A DNA stretch of 63,914 bases, counting the filler, from Olpidium bornovanus S191 (taxonomy: Eukaryota > Fungi > Olpidiomycota): NCBI GenBank assembly GCA_017911155.1. It is 26 parts of 26 records of this genome, joined end to end, with 100 filler letters (N's around TTAATTAATTAA, not from the genome) between each part and the next. Parts side by side here need not be neighbours in the genome. Positions count along the whole stretch, not along the records: positions 34,421 to 38,044 come from JAEFCI010013183.1; positions 38,145 to 41,010 come from JAEFCI010001690.1; positions 41,111 to 42,467 come from JAEFCI010008790.1; positions 42,568 to 44,617 come from JAEFCI010005526.1; positions 44,718 to 45,961 come from JAEFCI010002757.1; positions 46,062 to 47,376 come from JAEFCI010012373.1; 20 more parts are not named here. One strand, written 5' to 3'. Shown piece after piece: positions 35,653 through 46,145 of the stretch. Both the position numbers and the translations under genes were made by a program. The notes below the pieces were generated by a model. That model made no database searches. It was not told the origin of the DNA and saw only the letters and a program-made list of their open reading frames with translations. The stretch's first letter is position 1; every line of letters begins with the position of its first letter.

Positions 35653-37114
35653 TTGCTCCCTCCTTTGAAACCGCAGCTCCCCCGATCCCCACCCCCTGCT
35701 CCCGCCGGTTAGCGTTTTCCGGCCTCTTCGCGCGCCGGAGCGAAACGCTGGTCGGGCTGCCGTCGTAAACCCGCCCCTCGTGTCGCCGTCGTCGTCGCCG
35801 TTGCCTTCGGCTTCTCCGCCGGTGGGTGGGGGTGAGCCGGAGGCTGGCGGTGTGCGCACGGAAGGGGGTGGGAAGAAGGGGGGCTGAGGGCGGAGAAAGG
35901 AGGGGCGGGGCGAGAGGCGGGGCGGGGACGTGGCGGGGGGCGGGACCGGCCGGGCCCCCCTTGGCCTCGCGAGCAAATGCGCCTCCGGGGGGGCCATCCC
36001 GCCCTCCGCCGCGCGCGCCCGAGGCGACGATGGACAGTCGCGTGGCGGCAAGTCCGGGCCGACCCCAAGGGCCGGAGGGAGAGATGTCGCTCAAGGCAGC
36101 CGTGTCACGCAGGCCGCCGTGCGACGGGCCCCGGTTTCCGCAGCCGCAATGGAACCGCACAAGCACGGAGGGCGATTGGCGACCGCGGTGGTCAGAGATT
36201 TACGAACAATTTTGTTTTTTTTGTTTTTCTTTTTCGGCAACCGGGCGAGGATGGTCAGAGAGGGTTGCGACGGCCGCCGAATCGCCGGGCGTCGAGAGCG
36301 GCTGAGCAGATGACATTTACTGTTTGCGGCTGCCGAGCAAACGCAAGCCGTCACGGGCCGTCGCCGCCGATCGCTGTTGTCGCGGCCATCATCGAACGTT
36401 GCGCATCGCCATCGACTCGCAGGCTGCCGTCGTGGCCCGTCCCCGGCCGCATATAGAAATACAACAGACTCCGAGCCCGACGACAACCACCGGCTAAAAA
36501 TGAGCGACGATCGAGAATGGGCGTGGCGCAATTCTCCTGGTGGACTTGAGATGCGGCAACAAACGCGCTTTCTCGACGTCCTCTTCCTGCCCTCCTTCCT
36601 TCCTTCCTTCCAAAGCGTCAAACTAGGAGTTCTGACCCACCACCTGTCTTCATATACTTGCTGTAGGTTCCGGGCATCTTCGTGTGAACATGGCTCCTTG
36701 GATATCAGCGAGAAGGACCTAACATGGGTGTTCTTGAAGCTTTTGAATCACTTGGAAGAGGCCCGTTTGTTTCCTCAGCCGCCCATAAAAATCCATTAAC
36801 TGCTTGGAATTCCATCCGACGTTAGGCTCTGTGGAGCAGGAGAGGACGGGAAAAGGGAAGGTGTGTGTGTAGGGAGGGGGAGGGGGGAAGGGGAGGGGGG
36901 AAGAGGCCCCAACACAGTTGCCCAATTTGCTGAAAATACGCATCGGATTTGCGTGACAGCTCGGAGCACGCCACCCATGAATCTGACACTCCCATATTAC
37001 CGACAACTACACAATAGCAGCACGGGACGCGCTACTAAATTGTTTATTCTTTTTCAGCTTCCCGCTGAATTCCGAAACTTATCATCACGTCCAGTCAAAT
37101 ACGACTCAAGACAT

Positions 37115-37951
37115 TTAATCCACCTCGGCGATGCTAGAGCTCTGCGGCACCTCTGCCTCAACGTCGGCCGGTGGCTTGTTATCCACCGGCTCCATCTCTT
37201 TGTCTCCCTTCGCCAAGGCTTCGCCTTCCTTTGTCTCTGGCTCGGGGGCAGAAGCTGGCGGAGGAGGCGTCGGCGGCCGGTTGGCCGCAGCGTACCTGTC
37301 AGCGATGGGCTTTCCCATCTCCCGCAGCTGTCCGAGCCGCGTGGCGTATACGTCCCGAGTCGTGTCTTCCCCCTCGTTGTACAGCCACTCTTCGGCGGCA
37401 TTCAGTGCCGCGATGAACACGGCCTTCTCGTCCTCGGAACAGTGCTCATTCCAGATGCCCTCAACGCGGGACCGCGCGTCGTAAACATACTCCTCTAACG
37501 TGTTCTTGGCCTCCTCCGTCGCCGCGACAAGGCGGTCGCGACTGACCATCTCGTTCTGCAGAGCGAGCGCGCAGGACAGGCAGAAATGAGTCGTGCGGGT
37601 TTGGGATCGCGCCAACGACAAACGTGACCTACACCTTACCTCTTCTTCTTTGCAGAGATTGATGGCGCGCTCATCGAGGCCAAACCTGATGTCCGAGATG
37701 ACAGGAATCTCCGTTTTTTTCACGGTTTTCTTCTTTTTAACCGGTTTAATTTCCTCATACTTTTTCTCGCCGCCTTCGGACTTCTTGCCCTCTTCTGCCC
37801 CGTCAGCGGGCTTGGCAGTTTCTTCAGAAGAGTTGGCGGACTCCTCTGCGGTCTTGACAGCTTCGGCGGGCTTAACAGTATCTGCGGGCAGCTTAGCGGC
37901 CTCCCCGGCAGGCTTGGTACCTTCGCCGCTGTCGATTTCCATAGGAGTTGG
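37115..37951 (-). CDS. SSE1: Hsp110/Sse1 nucleotide-exchange factor, C-terminal part
   Basis: KKKKTVKKTEIPV; EMVSRDRLVAATEEAKNTLEEYVYDAR; EEWLYNEGEDTTRDVY; intron ~37560-37640; ends ...SIAEVD*. Confidence 0.92.
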   Translation of the reverse strand, partial: PTPMEIDSGEGTKPAGEAAKLPADTVKPAEAVKTAEESANSSEETAKPADGAEEGKKSEGGEKKYEEIKPVKKKKTVKKTEIPVISDIRFGLDERAINLCKEEEVRCRSRLSLARSQTRTTHFCLSCALALQNEMVSRDRLVAATEEAKNTLEEYVYDARSRVEGIWNEHCSEDEKAVFIAALNAAEEWLYNEGEDTTRDVYATRLGQLREMGKPIADRYAAANRPPTPPPPASAPEPETKEGEALAKGDKEMEPVDNKPPADVEAEVPQSSSIAEVD

Positions 37952-38144
37952 CTACGCATTGCATAGGACCAAAACGTCAGTCATTACCGACTAGGATCCG
38001 CGGGAGGGGGGGGGGGGGGGGGGGGGGGTTGGTGTTGGGGGGGCNNNNNNNNNNNNNNNNNNNNNNNNNNNNNNNNNNNNNNNNNNNNTTAATTAATTAA
38101 NNNNNNNNNNNNNNNNNNNNNNNNNNNNNNNNNNNNNNNNNNNN

Positions 38145-38440
38145 CATGCCGGCGGGCCGCTACGCAGCATCCCGAGCCCGCGGATTCATTCGCGGCCCGC
38201 GAGCTTATTGGAAGTTGATGGCAATTGCTCGTGTCGCCCTGATTCTCCGGGGATGTGCCACGAAGGCGGCTTTTCCCAGGTGGGGGGTCGTTACAACGAT
38301 GCCACGCAGCGGCTTCGGCTGAGAAACCCAATGGACATAACTGATCTGATGAATCTGGAGGAGGAAGATGGGCACAGCCTCTGCGGAGTTATATGATGAC
38401 AAGTTGATTCCGCCGGGAGACTGAGCGCCTCGTCCGGGAC
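38145..38440 (+). mobile_element. Possible pogo/Tigger transposase C-terminal relic
   Basis: LRLRNPMDITDLMNLEEEDG followed, after a frameshift, by TASAELYDDKLI. Resembles the NPMSIEELLNPEEE...ELTDEEI tail of fungal pogo transposases. Weak and short. Confidence 0.3.
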
Positions 38441-38983
38441 AAGGGACTCTCTGAGATTTGCCCACTGAATAATCTTTTGGCGCTAACACTCTTGGGAGCC
38501 GTCCCAAAATACGACGGGATGGTGTGGAAGTAAAATCCGGCCGAGCCCCCTCAGCTGCGGAAGAGCGCGGGGAATAGGGGCAGGGTAAAGCTGAGGCTCA
38601 GCGACATCGTCATATCACTCCGGAGAGAGAGTATATTCTCCGAGCTTCCGAGTCGCTCCTCCGATTTGTATTAGTTATCAGAGAGTGTCAAGAGCGCCTG
38701 GCGGCGGCAGTGTGTACTTCAGTAGGCGGCGGAGATTTCGCCGCAGGGTACACGATAACGCGTCGCTGTGGGGTGGGGTCTTGTAATTGAAAGTTGACTA
38801 CGCTTAAAACTCGGCAGCACGCGAACTCCGGCCGTCCTAGACGCTACCCGAACCGCAACGACCCCGCAACCGAGGGAAAAGGCACCCGCCGCCAAGGCGA
38901 GTCCTCTTTACGAGAATAAAACGCGCGTTTGGAACCCCGTTTAGAACTGCCGCCGAGGCATAGAAAGAGAGAGAGAGGAAAAG

Positions 38984-39039
38984 AGACGAACAGACGACCG
39001 ACCTTAGCACCAGACGAACAGACGACCGACCTTAGCACC
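38984..39039. repeat. Perfect 28-bp tandem duplication
   Basis: agacgaacagacgaccgaccttagcacc at 38984-39011 and 39012-39039, just upstream of the gag relic. Confidence 0.9.
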
Positions 39040-39098
39040 CCAGCGGTCGCCGAAAGAAACTGCCATCAGGCCGAACTGAACCGTTCTTGCCCACAACG

Positions 39099-40052
39099 GG
39101 CGGGACGCCCGCATTGAACGGCCTCATCGATAAGCTCGAAATGGCAGCCCGTAGAGTCGGTTTCAACAGTGAAGAGACCCTGGGCTTGGCCGCCAACCGC
39201 CTGACAGGGCAAGCCGCAGAACTGTGGCAGAGCCCTTCGAAAACCAACCAGGAAGGCAGCCAGTGACGATGGACAAGATGGGAGGACCTCCGCGAAGCCC
39301 TTTCCACGGCATTTCGTCCAAGGGAGCACTTGCAAGCCGCAACAGCAAGGCTTATGGAGATGACGCAGCAAAGCTGCGGAAACGGTCTTGAAAGATACAT
39401 CGAGGCGTTCAACACATTGTATATGGAACTATCGGCCCGCCGTGATAAACGGACCTGGGCAATCAGATTCCACATGGGACTCCCCACGGACATCTGAAGG
39501 AGCATCATGCAAATGACACCTGCGTTGAACGATCTCGTCGAAGTCCAGGAGGCAGCAAGGCGTGAGTTCCGAGTGAGTACCTGCGGGGCGACCAAGAAAA
39601 CGAGTAACCTGCCTGTCAACAGGGCCGGCGTCGCGGGGAAATAGCGAAGAAGGACCTCAAGAAGGTTAAATGCTTCAACTGCGGCAGGAATGGGCATATA
39701 GCTCAAAATTGCCGATCCCCAAAGAAGGAAAGAACCAAAAGGGGCGAACCTGCCCCGAAACCGGAGGAACCGAAGAAACCGAGGGAGTAGGGACTCCAAG
39801 TCGCTTGCACCGCCGGCGTCATCGAATGCAAAGACGATCCTCAGGATGGCGCAGCACGCGCCAGCGACAGAGGGATACGCATGACCATCGAGAGCGGAGC
39901 GACGAGGCATATGATCCCAGACGTAAGCTGGTTCTCGACATCGCAACCGTCAAACAAGCGAGTATGGACCGCGTCAAAGGCGAACGAGCCAGTCTTGGCG
40001 GAGAGGACAGTTGAATTCGATATGGATAGGGGCAACCGCTTGTCCCTGAAGG
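39099..40052 (+). mobile_element. Decayed LTR-retrotransposon gag, CCHC knuckle and protease
   Basis: LAANRLTGQAAELW...RWEDLREALSTAFRP...LERYIEAFNTL...FHMGLPTDI; [14 protein letters not shown] at 39671-39712; IESGATRHMIPDVSWFST at ~39887. In-frame stops at 39264, 39495 and 39788. Interrupted by an LTR at 40053. Confidence 0.88.
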
Positions 40053-40932
40053 TGTTGAGTTATATGTTTCGCAGTCCGTGGGGACAAGTTTATTAAGAGA
40101 GTTTACGCGTTATAGTACAACGGAAAATTAAGGGGTTCCGATCAAGGGAAGAGCGCAAGGGAAGTAAGGGAAGAATAACGTAAAATTTAACACTCCTCCT
40201 CGTTAAAAAACGGTAATGATAAAGTTTTGAAAACGCAAAAGAAATCAAATGTCACTACCCCCGACAGGAACGGGAAAAATGGCCCAAGCTCAGCGACACA
40301 TCGAACAAAGCGTGGACGGGGAAGACCTTTAGTAAAAATGTCGGCTGTATCGTCCGCTGTGCGAACCGGGCGGACTTTGATGGTCCCTTGGTGAGCTTGT
40401 TCTTTGACGAAAAAGTGTTAAATGCTTATGTGTTTGGAGCGCACGGGGTGTAGGTTTTGCGGCCGCATGGTTGGCCCTCTTCGTCCTTTCTCTTCTTTGG
40501 GGTTTTGTGCCAACGGGTGGCGTTCCCTTTTGCTGCACGAATGGGTGGTTAGGGTTAGGGTTAGACTGGGGTTAGACGGGTTGAGCGGGGCGCCGATGGA
40601 CGGCGAGGGCGGTGCACCGACGGACGGCGAGCGGTGCGTCGGATGAGCGGCGTGAGCGGTACGCTGACTAACGGCTTCTTCTTCTTCTCCTCTTCGCGAG
40701 TAGCGCCGACGGCCGGCGTGAGCGGTGTTGTTGGTGGGTGATGGTTGGACGGGGAGTCAGCGGTTTGTTTGGGCTCATAACCTGTAGAATATTATAAGGT
40801 TTTGAAGAGGAGAGCTCAAAGAGCTCTTGTGTATTCCGCCGATCTGCCGGGTTTTACATAGAAGAGGAAATAATCTCCGGGCCGGTGGCGCGCAGTGGGT
40901 ACGGCAGCTCGATTCCGCTTTAATTCCTAACA
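40053..40932 (-). mobile_element. Composite Ty1/copia relic: LTR (40932-40783), PBS, RNase H end, PPT, LTR (40192-40053)
   Basis: On the minus strand: TGTTAG...TCTACA, immediately followed by the copia-type PBS GGTTATGAGCCC (40782-40771). Then RSKHISI*HFFVKE...ADIFTKGLPRPRF...ELG (40444-40283), PPT GAGGAGGAG, and TGTTAA...AATAAA...TCAACA. Confidence 0.85.
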
Positions 40933-41264
40933 CGGGCCAGGGGGGGGGGGGGGGGGGGGGGGGGGGGAGGGGGGGGGGGGGGGGGGGGGAGCGGGGTTGA
41001 AGGGGACTAANNNNNNNNNNNNNNNNNNNNNNNNNNNNNNNNNNNNNNNNNNNNTTAATTAATTAANNNNNNNNNNNNNNNNNNNNNNNNNNNNNNNNNN
41101 NNNNNNNNNNCATGACAACAGGTATCAGCATCTTCCAAAGACGACGAATGACGTAGGAATCGACACGACAAAAAGCTCGACTGTCCGAAAAACAAGCGAA
41201 CGCAAATTTCCCCCCGCACGCATCGCGACGGCGGCGGCGGCGGCCGCGACCGCGACCTGCTCAC

Positions 41265-42349
41265 CTTCGACTTGTACCACTTCATCGTCTCTTCCTTGCC
41301 GACGCGGTGGGGCGCACCAATCTTGGTCTGGCACCTGCGGCGACGAGACACGCGCATCCCGGGCCGTCCCATGACGACGTAGAAGTCCATGCCGTAAATG
41401 CCAATGGAGGGATCGTACTTGATACCGAGGTCGATGTGCTCCTGGATGCCGAAGCCGAAGTTGCCGGTGGCAGAGAAGTTCTTGGACCGCAGCTCGTACT
41501 CCTTGACCTTGAGCCCTCGTTCCAGGATCTCCTCAGCCTTGGGACCACGGACGGTGCAATGGACAGCAATCTTCTCGTTGCGGCGGATGCCGAATGTCCG
41601 CACGGTGTACCGCGCCTTCGAGTAGACGGGCGTCTGGCCAGTGAGCTGCTCCAGCACCTTGGCCGCGCGGGTCAAACGATCTCCAGATTCGCCAACGCAA
41701 ATATTGAGAACGAGCTATCCCCACAGCGAGGAAGGGCGTCAGTAAACGTTTCCCTCATTAAGCGGCCTTTGTACAGCCGCCGCCGTCGGCCGCGGAGACA
41801 AAACCCTTACTCACCTTCTCAATTCGAAGCTCCCTCATGGGGTTCTGTTTGGCTGGGGCATCGTCGACCTTTTTAACAGGCCGGCCGCGCAGACGCAGCG
41901 CGCCGAGACAAAGTGTCAGCGTTCGCCACCGTGGCACGTTCAGAGAGCTGCAGACAGCACTGCGAGAGCAGGATGAACCAGTTGCACCCCTAAAAGGGAG
42001 CAACCGCTGCAGAGCTCATCTGCCAAAGGCGCGCAATTGCTCTCCCCGCGTCAGCCCCGGTCTCGCCGAAAGAAGGCGCATTGCCAGGACGAGGGCGTTT
42101 CCCCTCATGCCGGTGTGCCGCCCGTGGCGCGGAACCAGCACGGCGCTGCCTGTCGCTGCGGCGTGGCTGCACAACCACCGCTGGCCGTTTCTTTCCAACG
42201 TCCATTTAACGGTCGCGGAATTTGACGGCGAGCGGGATGAGCAGCACGACGGGATGGGATGGGGGGCCGGGGCGCGGCGAGGGTGTGTCGCCGCCTCCAG
42301 ACGGCGGCGGGCGGGCGGGCGGGCGAATTTCCGACTGGGTGCTTACCAT
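41265..42349 (-). CDS. RPL11: 60S ribosomal protein L11 (uL5), 3' end missing
   Basis: ATG-only first exon (42349-42347), exon 41868-41815 [18 protein letters not shown], exon 41714-41265 [30 protein letters not shown]...[23 protein letters not shown]. Confidence 0.98.
41932..42025 (-). ncRNA. Candidate structured intronic RNA (C/D-box or K-turn-like) in RPL11 intron 1
   Basis: Terminal stem TGGCA/TGCCA; CAGATGA near the 5' end and CTGA near the 3' end; stem GAGCT(CT)GCAG / CTGCAGCTC; inner hairpin GGTTGCTCCC-TTTTA-GGGGTGCAACT. Confidence 0.4.
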
Positions 42350-42567
42350 GATTAAGAGGGGGTCTTGAGCTGGGAACCTGCCTGCCGAGGGTGCCTGGCC
42401 TTCTGTCCAGAACCCACGAACAAAGAAGCGTCGTGTGAGAGGGAGGCCGGATGGGAATATTTCTTTCNNNNNNNNNNNNNNNNNNNNNNNNNNNNNNNNN
42501 NNNNNNNNNNNTTAATTAATTAANNNNNNNNNNNNNNNNNNNNNNNNNNNNNNNNNNNNNNNNNNNN

Positions 42568-43748
42568 CATGGTCTGCAGCCACATTATCGGCAAGTTTGA
42601 GGTAAGAGGCCAATGGGAGGGTGGAACACCGACGGTTTCTCGCCGGGTTTTCGCCAGCACAAATTTTTTTTCAAATCGTACTCTTCGCTTGGTCCCGTTT
42701 CTGTCCTTCCCTAACGAAGAACGTTGCCTCCCATTGACCTTCATTTTTTCCCTCGCCCCTTCCTCGCCCCCCCCCCCTCTCGCTCACCCCCGTTCGCAGC
42801 TCTGGGAAAATTCGGAACGCAGGCACATTGGGGAGTTTTTTGCCCAGCAGGTTCCGGACCTCGGGCGGCCGAACCAGCACAAGCACGAACGGATGCTGTT
42901 CCTGTTTAGTGATGCCATAATAATAACGAAACCTAGACCGAACAGGCGGTACCAATTCCGACACCTGTTCAACCTCATCCAGATGACGGCAAGCGGCGTC
43001 AGATCGGAGAGTGAGTCGGGCTCCCGCGGCGCGTTTCTCACTGGCCCCCGGCAATGCGACTGCCCCGACGTCACCCCCCTTGTGAAATTTTAATCATTGT
43101 ACCCGGCCCGCCCTCCGGAATACCGACCACATACAAGTACACTGCAACGCCGTGGAGCTGCGGAACATCCACGGGATCCTGGTGACGTTTTCATTCGCCA
43201 TGGCGGAAGAGAGGGAGGTCTTCTTGAAGAACATCAACGAGGTTATCCGAGAAGTCGCCAGCCGGCGGCAGGCGCAAGAGGAGGAGCGGCGGAGGCGCAC
43301 GGCGGAAAGGGCGCAGGTGGCGAAGAGCAGGCTGGAGTCGCATTACAACGCGGGGAGGGGGGTGAACCGGTACCGGAAGATCGCGGGCAACCTCCGAGCG
43401 GCGCGGGCGGCAATGAAACAGTCGTCTCCGGAGTACGTCGCGAGGCAGCGGCGGCAGCACCAGCAGCACCAGCCGCAGGCGGCCGGGAGCCCCGGCTCGA
43501 TCGCCCCCGTGTTTGCATCGCTGCCGCCGCGGCCGCTGACCCCCTCCGCGTCGGAGTGCGAGGTGGGGTCCGACACGGACAACGACGCCACTTCGACGGG
43601 CGGCGGCGGCGCGCTCAAGCAGCCGCAAACCAGGCAGCACCGGCGACGGAACACCGTCGCCGGCGCTTCGAGCACCTCTACCGGTTCGCTGTCGCAGGTG
43701 AAAGAGACGTTGCGGAGGGCAACCAGGGACGTTTTCATCACACAATGA
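42568..43748 (+). CDS. IQSEC/BRAG-like PH domain and C-terminus (probable Sec7 Arf-GEF 3' end)
   Basis: Exons 42568-42601, 42800-43010 and 43138-43748: HIIGKFE|LWENSERRHIGEFFAQQVPDLGRPNQHKHERMLFLFSDAIIITK...YQFRHLFNLIQM...LVTFSFAMAEEREVFLKNINEVIREV. Colinear with IQSEC PH (HQREIFLFNDLLVVTK...YSFRQSF...DRKKFTDDLRESIAEV). Confidence 0.6.
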
Positions 43749-45068
43749 CACCCCCTCTCCATCCCCCATTTACCCTTATTCCTTCCCTCCTCCCTTCCCC
43801 CGCCCCAAACAATGCCATCCACGCTTTCTCACCCCCCTCTGATCACCCTCCTACCTCCAGCTGACAGAGGCCCTGCTGCATTGCCGAACTAATGTTTATT
43901 TTATTATTATTATTATTACTTTTCACATTTCATTTTCTTTTTTCTCTCGTCAGCCCTCGATACCAAAGGGGAAGTACGCCCCTCCCTCTTGATCTCCCCG
44001 GCCCCCCCCCGCCTTTTCACTTTTTTTTGGTGTTTCTGCCCGCGATAGGTGTTTCTGCCCACGATAGAGACCCTTGCCCTCTCCCAACCCTCGTTCTCGA
44101 TCTCACTACCACCGTACCTGGACCGTGACAGATTCCTTTCCAATCGCAGTAGGGCGAAAATTCCCTTAAAATAGCACAACGCAAACCAGTGCTGATCTTG
44201 GTACCGGAAATCTGCTAAACTTGGCCGGCATATATAGTACTCGACAAGGGGCTTTGCAATCACGCCTAAAACCAGGCCAGTGCTCGATGCCTGCGTGCAG
44301 AGTTATCATTTATTTTATGTCGAAAACAAGGAAGTAAAAAAGAGCGCGTTACAGTAACCACACAACCACACAGCCATCTTGCTTTTGTCGCCACCGTCCC
44401 ATAACTAGGTCAACTCTTGCGCCGATTGGTAAAGATATAATCCTTGTTATATTCTTTTTCCTCTTTTCCTCCGTTTTTTTTTTTTTTTTTTTTTTAGCTT
44501 TTTTTTTTTTTTTTTTTTAGCTTTTGATCAAACTGTCCCCGCACTGCTTCGGGTGGCCGACGACCGTGCGTGACGGAGTCAAGCAAAATTGCGGAAGCAG
44601 AAAATCACTGAGCTGCCNNNNNNNNNNNNNNNNNNNNNNNNNNNNNNNNNNNNNNNNNNNNTTAATTAATTAANNNNNNNNNNNNNNNNNNNNNNNNNNN
44701 NNNNNNNNNNNNNNNNNACAAAACAAAGGAAGAATTCACCCATAGGAGGCGTTCGGGCAGCGGATTCTTCATCGTTGCACCCTTTCATCTATCCAAAAGC
44801 TTATGAGCCCATTCATCCAAAACACCGGCGTCTCCATGGCTTCAAAAGACGCTCCCCGCGAGAAGCTGATAACGTGTTGTGTGGTCCTACTATGTTGTAT
44901 TCTGAGTAGTGAGGGTGAGACTGTTTTGTCCGCCGTCGCAACGTGTGGGACGATAAAAAACAGTTCGCCAATTTCCGGGATTTTATCGAGAAATGGGGTT
45001 GATTGGCGGACCACACCTTGATAGCCAGACCACGGCCCCCCGTCAGGTGACGAAATTGGGCCCAAAAC

Positions 45069-45101
45069 CTGGCCGCCTGCCTGGCCGCCTGCCTGGCCGC
45101 A
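45069..45101. repeat. 12-bp tandem repeat, about 3 copies
   Basis: cctggccgcctg cctggccgcctg cctggccgc. Confidence 0.8.
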
Positions 45102-45500
45102 GACCTTATTTTTTCCCTTCACACAATCTTATTACCGAAGGATTAGAGATTACCAAATTGAATCACGTGGTGAGGTGACGCATCACGAAACGCGCAGAGA
45201 GAAGGATTGATAAGGCGTGGGGGCAACCTGGGATTGTGGGGGGGGGGGGGGGGAAGAAAATATGGGGGGTGGGGGGGGAGGGGGGCGGGGGGGGGGGGGA
45301 GGGGGCGGGACGAGGATGGGGGCACGAAAAGGATATTTCAGGGGACCTGACGCTTGTGTTTCAAACATAATTGCAGGCCTTTCGGGGGTGTGGTGGCCAT
45401 TAAGGAATGGCCCAACTATCAGCTCAAAAAACTCTTTTACGGAAAAATTTGGAACAATTGGTGTCTTGGTGTGCACCATACGATGATCAAAAACGTGATT

Positions 45501-45532
<32 letters not shown>

Positions 45533-46061
45533 CCCTTCCTCGTTGCCGGCCTTACGATACTGTGCTAACACCTTGAGGGGTTTGTTTGAGATATATATAT
45601 ACATACATAATGCACAGCCACACCCCCCAGACATCTCGTCAATATATTGGTAGTCACCAACGCGACATCACCTGAAGATTTCGCACGACAGCCAACAAAA
45701 GCTCCTCCTGCAATACATCGATGTTGCGTGACGTTGATAAAACGGTGTCGCGCGATGTTGAGGAAATGTTTTGCGTGACGCCGAGGATACAATGTCACGC
45801 GGGCGCATCCCTGGTATCTGTACCGACATCGTCGCGCACAAATCGTGTTGGCATTGCCTCCAGGTTGTGTTTTTGCTCCGCTGCCATTGCTAGGTCGATG
45901 TCGGGGGGATTGCGTCGTGAGGAATTGCGTGCAGCACCCGGTACTTATTGCGTCAAGCATGNNNNNNNNNNNNNNNNNNNNNNNNNNNNNNNNNNNNNNN
46001 NNNNNTTAATTAATTAANNNNNNNNNNNNNNNNNNNNNNNNNNNNNNNNNNNNNNNNNNNN

Positions 46062-46093
<32 letters not shown>

Positions 46094-46145
46094 TCCCCCG
46101 GCTGAAGTGAACAACTCGGGAATGGGCAGGAGCCTCCAATCGAAC

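Noticed and set aside
36030-36799. Possible three-exon + strand orphan gene between RCHY1-like and SSE1
   Set aside because: Splice-like sites exist, but I could not build a consistent frame or recognise any motif.
38781-38960. 5' LTR and PBS for the + strand gag element
   Set aside because: A TGTAA start and AATAAA are present, but there is no clean CA end or TGG-type PBS.
39032-39946. 304-aa minus-strand ORF
   Set aside because: Antisense to the gag relic; the + strand carries the recognisable motifs.
40547-40585. True chromosome end
   Set aside because: Only two perfect TTAGGG units, and they are internal to the contig; reported instead as an interstitial motif.
44718-45961. Gene or TE in this contig
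   Set aside because: Only stop-interrupted, unrecognisable frames plus simple repeats.
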